Positions 48,301 to 54,192 of a stretch of 54,192 bases of DNA are shown here, piece by piece; position 1 is the first letter of the stretch, and every line of letters begins with the position of its first letter. The translations under genes were made by a program, and so were the position numbers. The DNA lies in assembly GCA_001938485.1 (NCBI GenBank), contig MQRK01232050.1, positions 14,961-69,152 on the forward strand, read 5' to 3'. The notes beneath the pieces were generated by a model. It made no database searches. It was not told the origin of the DNA and saw nothing but the letters and a program-made list of their open reading frames with translations. The stretch comes from Girardia tigrina (taxonomy: Eukaryota).

Positions 48301-50420
48301 CGAAGAATCTCAGGAGAAAACGGCCTTTTCTACAATGCAAGGATAATATTGTTTTACTCGTATGCCGTTTGATATAGCGGCTGCACCGGGAACTTTCCAA
48401 GAGATGATGACAAAGTATTCGGAGGAATCAAGGGTGTCATTGTATACTTAGATGATATCTTAGTATACACAAAAGATCGGGAGCAACACTATATTGTTTT
48501 GAATCAAGTTTTAGATAATATTAGGAAAGTAGGATTGCGGGTGAACCCAGAAAAATGTCAATTGTTGAAACGGTAAATCAAATTCCTTGGACATATAGTT
48601 AAAGAAGACGGTGTTAAGACGGACCCGTCTAAGATTGAAGCAATAAGAACGTTTGGGAAGCCAAAGTGTGTTAAAAACTTATGCAGTTTTTTGGGCATTT
48701 GTAACTATTATCGACGATTTATAAAAGAGTATACAAAGAATGCCAGAGTATTAGAACAATTATGCGGATGGAATAACAATAAAAAACTGATTTGGATAAG
48801 CGGACTAGAGTTAGCATTCAAAGAGATGAAGAATGCATTAATTACAAGCCCGGTATTGTGTTTTCCAGACATGAAAAGAGATTTTATTTTAGATACGGAT
48901 GCTAGTTTCAACACCATTGGAGCCGTGTTAGTACAGAAGGACGAACAAGGAATGGAAAGAGTTGTAGCTTATGGGTCGCGATCAATGAATAGCCACGAGA
49001 AGGGCTATTGTCTTACAAGAAAGGAATTGCTTGCCATGTATTATTTTTGTAACCATTTTAGACATTTTCTATATGGTAAATGGTTTACTGTGCATACCGA
49101 CCATAAGGCAATTACGTTTATACTGAACACTATTAAGTCAATTACATCGCAGTTTCAAACGTGGATTAACTATCTGAGCAGTCTGGATATGAAGTTAGAA
49201 TTTCGAAAAGGATCTTTGCACACGCATGCTGATATGCTTTCAAGGATGAATTGTGATACGTGTACTCAATGTTTGATGCAACACGAGGAAGCTAAGGAAG
49301 AAAAAAATCAAAACATGTGCACTGGATGTTGTATCAGAAGATGAAGCCACAAAGCCACTTTATTATCTCGGAAACCCATCGGATGTTGGCACACACGGGT
49401 GCAAAAAAAGTTGAGTATTATTTAAGAGACTCTAAGGATTTTGACAAGCTGAAAGGTAAGAACAAAGAGATTGTACGCAGTTGTGAATCATGCCAAAAGT
49501 ATAAAACATATATGGCAAAAACAAAAGAGAACACGATAAAATTAGAAGCTGCTGAGGTTTTTGAATGTATTTATGTGGATATTTGTTGACCGTTAAAGGA
49601 GACTTCTAGGAAAAAGAAATATATTCTAGGAATCATTGATCAGTTCAGTAAATACATTACGTTATTAGCAATATCGAAACAAGATGATGAATCGATAATA
49701 ATGCGGAATTGGATACTGAAATTTGGTTCTCCCAAGGCGATGAATGTGGATTGCGGTAAGGTTTTTGTATCAAAAAAGATGAAAGAGTTTGAAATTAGAT
49801 TCTCCAGCCCATATCACCATAACACAAACGGACAAATTGAACGACAATTCAGTACAGTGTGAGAATTGATAAATGTAATATTGCATGAAAGAAGAAGTTC
49901 AGACTGGGCAGAGATTCTACCAGAGATCGAGTTCTCAGTAAATACCACATTACAGACGACTCCTCGGGATGAGTCCAGCTGAAATCATTTTCGGAAGACG
50001 CATTAGCAGGGAGAAATTGGATGGAAAAAAATAGCAATACATTTCAATGTGAGCGGGACCAGGAGCCTTTCACTCGAAGACAATTCTTCTCAGGAGATGA
50101 TGTATAGGTAAAAGTAGAATCTAGAACAAAAGATCAAGGGAGATACGACGGGCCATATAAAGTCGTTCGAAAAGTACATGATAGAAGATATGTTCTTGAA
50201 GATATGTCTGGTAAAACATGTGAAAGAAATGTGGAGAAAATTAAAAAATTCTTGCGTGCGGGGGTGTAAGAGAGTGTTGTTGTTAATTTTTTAATTTTCG
50301 GAAATTAGAATTTTGGTTTTTAAAAATTTCGAATTATAATCGAAATTAAAAAAGATAATGGAAAATAGAATTAAAAAAAGAAAATAAAAAAATGAAAATT
50401 TGTTTAAATAACAAATTTAA
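45351..50420 (+). mobile_element. Gypsy LTR retrotransposon (5'-truncated, decayed gag-pol), interrupted by a MULE
   Basis: Degenerate double zinc knuckle at ~45410-45510, protease LLDTG, RT YLDDIL, RNase H FILDTDAS...HTDHKAI, HHCC and integrase core, PPT then TGTAAG LTR start at 50265. LTR end uncertain. Confidence 0.92.
45808..47380 (-). mobile_element. MULE/Mutator transposon
   Basis: 9-bp TSD CAAGTATTC (45799-45807, 47381-47389). TIRs built from tandem AAAACAGCGAA units. WFMDGTFRVAPPFYKQIFTIH and RTNNDVDGWHN. Confidence 0.93.
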
Positions 50421-51639
50421 CATGTGTTAGTTAATAAATTTTGCAATTCTTAATTTCATTTTGATTTAGAATGGATGATAATTCCAAACCTAACAATAAC
50501 AAATCACTAAAATATAAAGTTAAATTGGAAATAATAAAATAACCGGTAATAACAATCACAAAAATATGTAATCAATGTACATAACCCCAACATAAATAAA
50601 AAGAAATTTTTAAGTTGTATAATATTTCAAATTCAAATTAAATATAATTTGAGAATGAGAACGACCACAAATTTATGACATATGAACATTTATGATCAAT
50701 GGATTACTTAAGTTGGATTAATTATCAATTTTCGACAATAATTTAGATGACCAAATTAAAGAACCAAGTTTCAAGACAATTTTATTTATAGTTAAACGAT
50801 TAATTATAACAGTGGTACATATTCTGTCGCCTGAATTCTCAATGAACGACTGAGCAACAGACGCCAATATATAAAATAGAACAAAGTAGGGATACCGCAA
50901 ATTGGTCAACAATGAAAGCACCGGGTCTTATAAAGCCAAAGATAATGCCATAAGTATTGAACTTTGATGACTCCGAACCTTCTGAAACAACGCAAATTAA
51001 ACCGCAGGCACCAGGCTTTGTGCAACCAAACAAATAGAACCGAAAACACTGAACCTTATCATTTATACAAATATATTTTGATACTGGTTCAAGAATAACA
51101 GTAATAAAAACAACTATTGTAAAAATCCACGAATCGAAAAATTAAGAATGGTTTATAGTCATTATTATAATTCAAAAAAATTATATGGATATTGGGCTAC
51201 ATCATCTTCAATTAATAAAATATAATAAACTCAAAATAATATTAATAAACAAAAATAATACAATCAAAGTTCTGCAAAAAAACACATTATTTTCCTTCTG
51301 ATTTTATGAATTAATATATTCAATGGATGTCGGGTATGATGGTAGGCCTATTTGAATAATTATTCGTTAGTGTTTTTTGAATAACAATCTACGATTGTTT
51401 GCGATCGATTTAGTGTAGTAAGAGTAAGTAGATTTTTATTTCAATAACTTTATTTATTGGCAATTATTATTACGATTTATATTCATTTACTCAGTTTGTC
51501 TGCTTGTTTATCTGTTTCGTAGAATATTTAAGCCATCATTTATCCTAATTTTCATTATTAACGTTTACATATTCAAAAACGTTAAAAATTTTGAATCACT
51601 TATTTGTGAAATGGAACGAGTAATTTTGTATAAACGTGA

Positions 51640-51950
51640 GGATCACACACTGTCTTTCGGGTTTCACCCAAGGCATCGCTGAGGGATTGCCGAACTATAA
51701 ACCGAAGATGATGCTGAACTAAACGGATATCTCAGGGAAACCGTCCGAGACATCTTCCACGAACTAGAACAAGGGACTTTGTCGGCCAAGGCAGAATTCA
51801 GAAATCTGCATGAGCATCAGGGGCCACCGCCTGGTATATTTGAAGCACGATGGCCGGCGCTACGTCCGATCAGTATTTCGGCTGACAGTAACTTTCACAG
51901 TTGAGTGGACTAAATGAGAGCTGACTCGAATGACTTGTCGGGCACCACTA
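51640..51950 (+). repeat. GC-rich SINE-like or non-LTR tail sequence
   Basis: Non-coding GC-rich island. ACAGTTGAGTGGACT resembles a motif common in invertebrate SINE/RTE tails. Confidence 0.3.
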
Positions 51951-52493
51951 TCTAAATAATATTTTTGTCCGATAAATTTACGAATCCCTTATTTTAATTT
52001 AATACTTATTTTATTACTGCTATGCTAGTAAATAATTTGGAACAGATGGAATGTATCGAGGGTGTCGAACTGTCACTAGAGTGAATAATCACATTTGGAG
52101 TGAATGTAAAAATAAAATGAAATACTCGGGTCCTCGAATGCTTCGAACTGCCGCTTGGACCACCTTATGTTCGATTCAACAGGTGCATTGGCGATTGATT
52201 TTATCATATGATCTCCCTCCTAAGTATCTAAGATCGGATGGGTAACTCAATCCACAAAAATATGTGTAGAAATTAACATCCTTCATTTAATTATCGAAGC
52301 TTGGTATATGATTCTGAATAAATATGTTTTATGATCTAATATATAATATAACCCAAACAAAGTGGACTAATTTCGATTACCTGTCTAAAACACATAGCAG
52401 AGTCACGGCTCATACTCCAGCATTTTAATTATTCTCAACAAGCATCACATATATTTTTCCATTCTTTTTATCAACTTACTTTCTATATATATA

Positions 52494-53087
52494 CAGTGAG
52501 GTGCAAAAGTTTGTGAACACTTGTTTCTATACTGCTTTTTGTTGTTGCACTGCATGTTTGTGTATTCCTTGTTAAGTATACATAAACCATTTAAATGATT
52601 AAATTTATCTTTTATTTTTATTACTTTCAAGTTATAAATTGTCATTATTTATTTTAGAATCATGCCTGTCCGTGGCAAGGAGCTAACAACAGAACAGTGT
52701 GCAGCAGTTTTGGCATTGCAGAAGCACGGCGTTTCTTAACGACAAATAGCTACAACTCTTAACGTTTCTCTTGGATTTGTGTGTCAGACTGTTAAGAGAA
52801 AAAGGGAGACTGGTTCCTTATGTTCAAGATCTGGATCTGGTCGGCCAAGATCAATCAGTCAAAGAGACTGGTTGAAATATTAATATTAAATATCAATATA
52901 CAAAATACTAAATATACACTGGTTTTTCATGGTTATGTGCCAGTTATGACAAGTTTTGATAAATTTGTGTCTTATTATAATGTCCTAATTAAATCTTTGT
53001 ATTTTGATGTGCTTTTGTCAATATAATTGCAGTTGGGTGCAAAAGACAATTTAACAACAAGCGTTCACAAACTTTTGCACCTGATTG
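52494..53087 (+). mobile_element. Internally deleted Tc1 element
   Basis: TIR CA.T.AGGTGCAAAAGTTTGTGAAC with TA TSD. N-terminal MPVRGKELT...SGSGRPRS paired-like HTH only. Confidence 0.9.
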
Positions 53088-53829
53088 TATACATATGTGT
53101 GTGTGTGTGTCCATGGAATTTAGAAACATACACACAAACACCGATAAGTGTATAAATCAAGTGCGTCCGGTGTTTTTATTTGAGTGTACTTATGTACATA
53201 ATTGTGTGTGAGTATGTGTGTGTCAAATATAAAATGAGACTTGATGCGAGTTTTATTTGATTATGACCATTATCCAACCAACGATTCGGAAACAATTGTT
53301 GTAAATCTGTGATGGCGTTTTTTATACTGAAAAGATTTTATTTTACCATTTTAAATAAAGTAATATTTTTATAATATATAAATATTAAATTATTTTTTAT
53401 GAATGTTTGTGTTTGTTTTTAAATGATTTTTTAATTAAAACTTTGTTGGCAAAGTAGAGTTCTGTCCGCATAAAGAATGAATAAAAAAATTAATTTTTTG
53501 ATTTACTAGTTACAACATAGAGATTTTTAATTTATAATTCTAAGGCTGATTTAGTGTATTACAAACGTAAAAAATATAGCATAGAAATAGTATATTGGTG
53601 ATTTCTTTTATAACAATAAAGAAATATTATAATTTTAAGTACAACGTTAATAGAAATAGCACAACGGAAAGAATAAAGATGAGTCCGCAAGAGAATAGTA
53701 TAGAATAATCAATCCCATCTGAGTAGGAGAGTCACCAATCTAGACAACATACAAACAACAAAATCACAACATTCACAATTTTCGTTCACAATCAGTTCAG
53801 TGATTATCATACTTTTTATCGCGTATATA

Positions 53830-54192
53830 CAGGGTGGCCGAAAAGTCCCAGGACACTATACATGTATTTTTAATAAAACACAATATTTTTTAATGAAATA
53901 CACAGAAACATATATATTCAACAAAAAAGAGAACTTTATTAGAAANNNNNNAGAAAACAACTAGAGTAATTTAGTGGTCTAGGGGATCAGTATGTTGGCC
54001 CTCATTGTTTTTGCACAATTCCATTCGCCTCCAGGTTCTTTGTGCCATTTTTTTGAGAGAATTCCTTGATACTCTAGCAAAAGCTGCAATAATCGCATGC
54101 TTCAGCTGATCAATGGTTTCGTATCTAATACTAGAAACTTGACCTTTAATTAAACCCCATAATGAGTTGTCTGGAGTGGTTAAGTCGGGGCT
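53830..54192 (-). mobile_element. rosa-like Tc1/mariner 3' end (runs off window)
   Basis: SPDLTTPDNSLWGLIK...RRMELCKNNEGQH. TIR TA-CAGGGTGGCCGAAAAGTC. Confidence 0.88.

Overview
AT-rich, N-gapped eukaryotic genomic DNA, not prokaryotic. The ~55-bp minimal intron, the transposon spectrum and a Burro-like giant retroelement suggest a triclad planarian (inference). One host gene can be reconstructed by hand: a glutamate-cysteine ligase modifier subunit (GCLM) gene on the + strand spanning ~0.9-29.7 kb. It has a probable GC-AG intron and a frameshifting deletion in the last exon. Its introns and the downstream 25 kb are packed with mostly decayed, often nested mobile elements: mariner, Tc1/Tc3, rosa-like, pogo, hAT, MULE, Merlin, piggyBac MITEs, a Helitron, Penelope elements with hammerhead ribozymes, NeSL/R2-like fragments and Gypsy fragments. 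The most striking item is a decayed minus-strand retroelement polyprotein at 42.4-45.35 kb. It reads Gag(CCHC) - coiled coil - MATH-like - acidic linker - Bcl-2-like (BH3+BH2, in a frame missed by the ORF track) - signal/TM - chuvirus-like fusion glycoprotein. This is a candidate enveloped giant retroelement carrying apoptosis-modulating cargo, with env placed before any pol. All protein family calls come from motif recognition by eye, not database searches.
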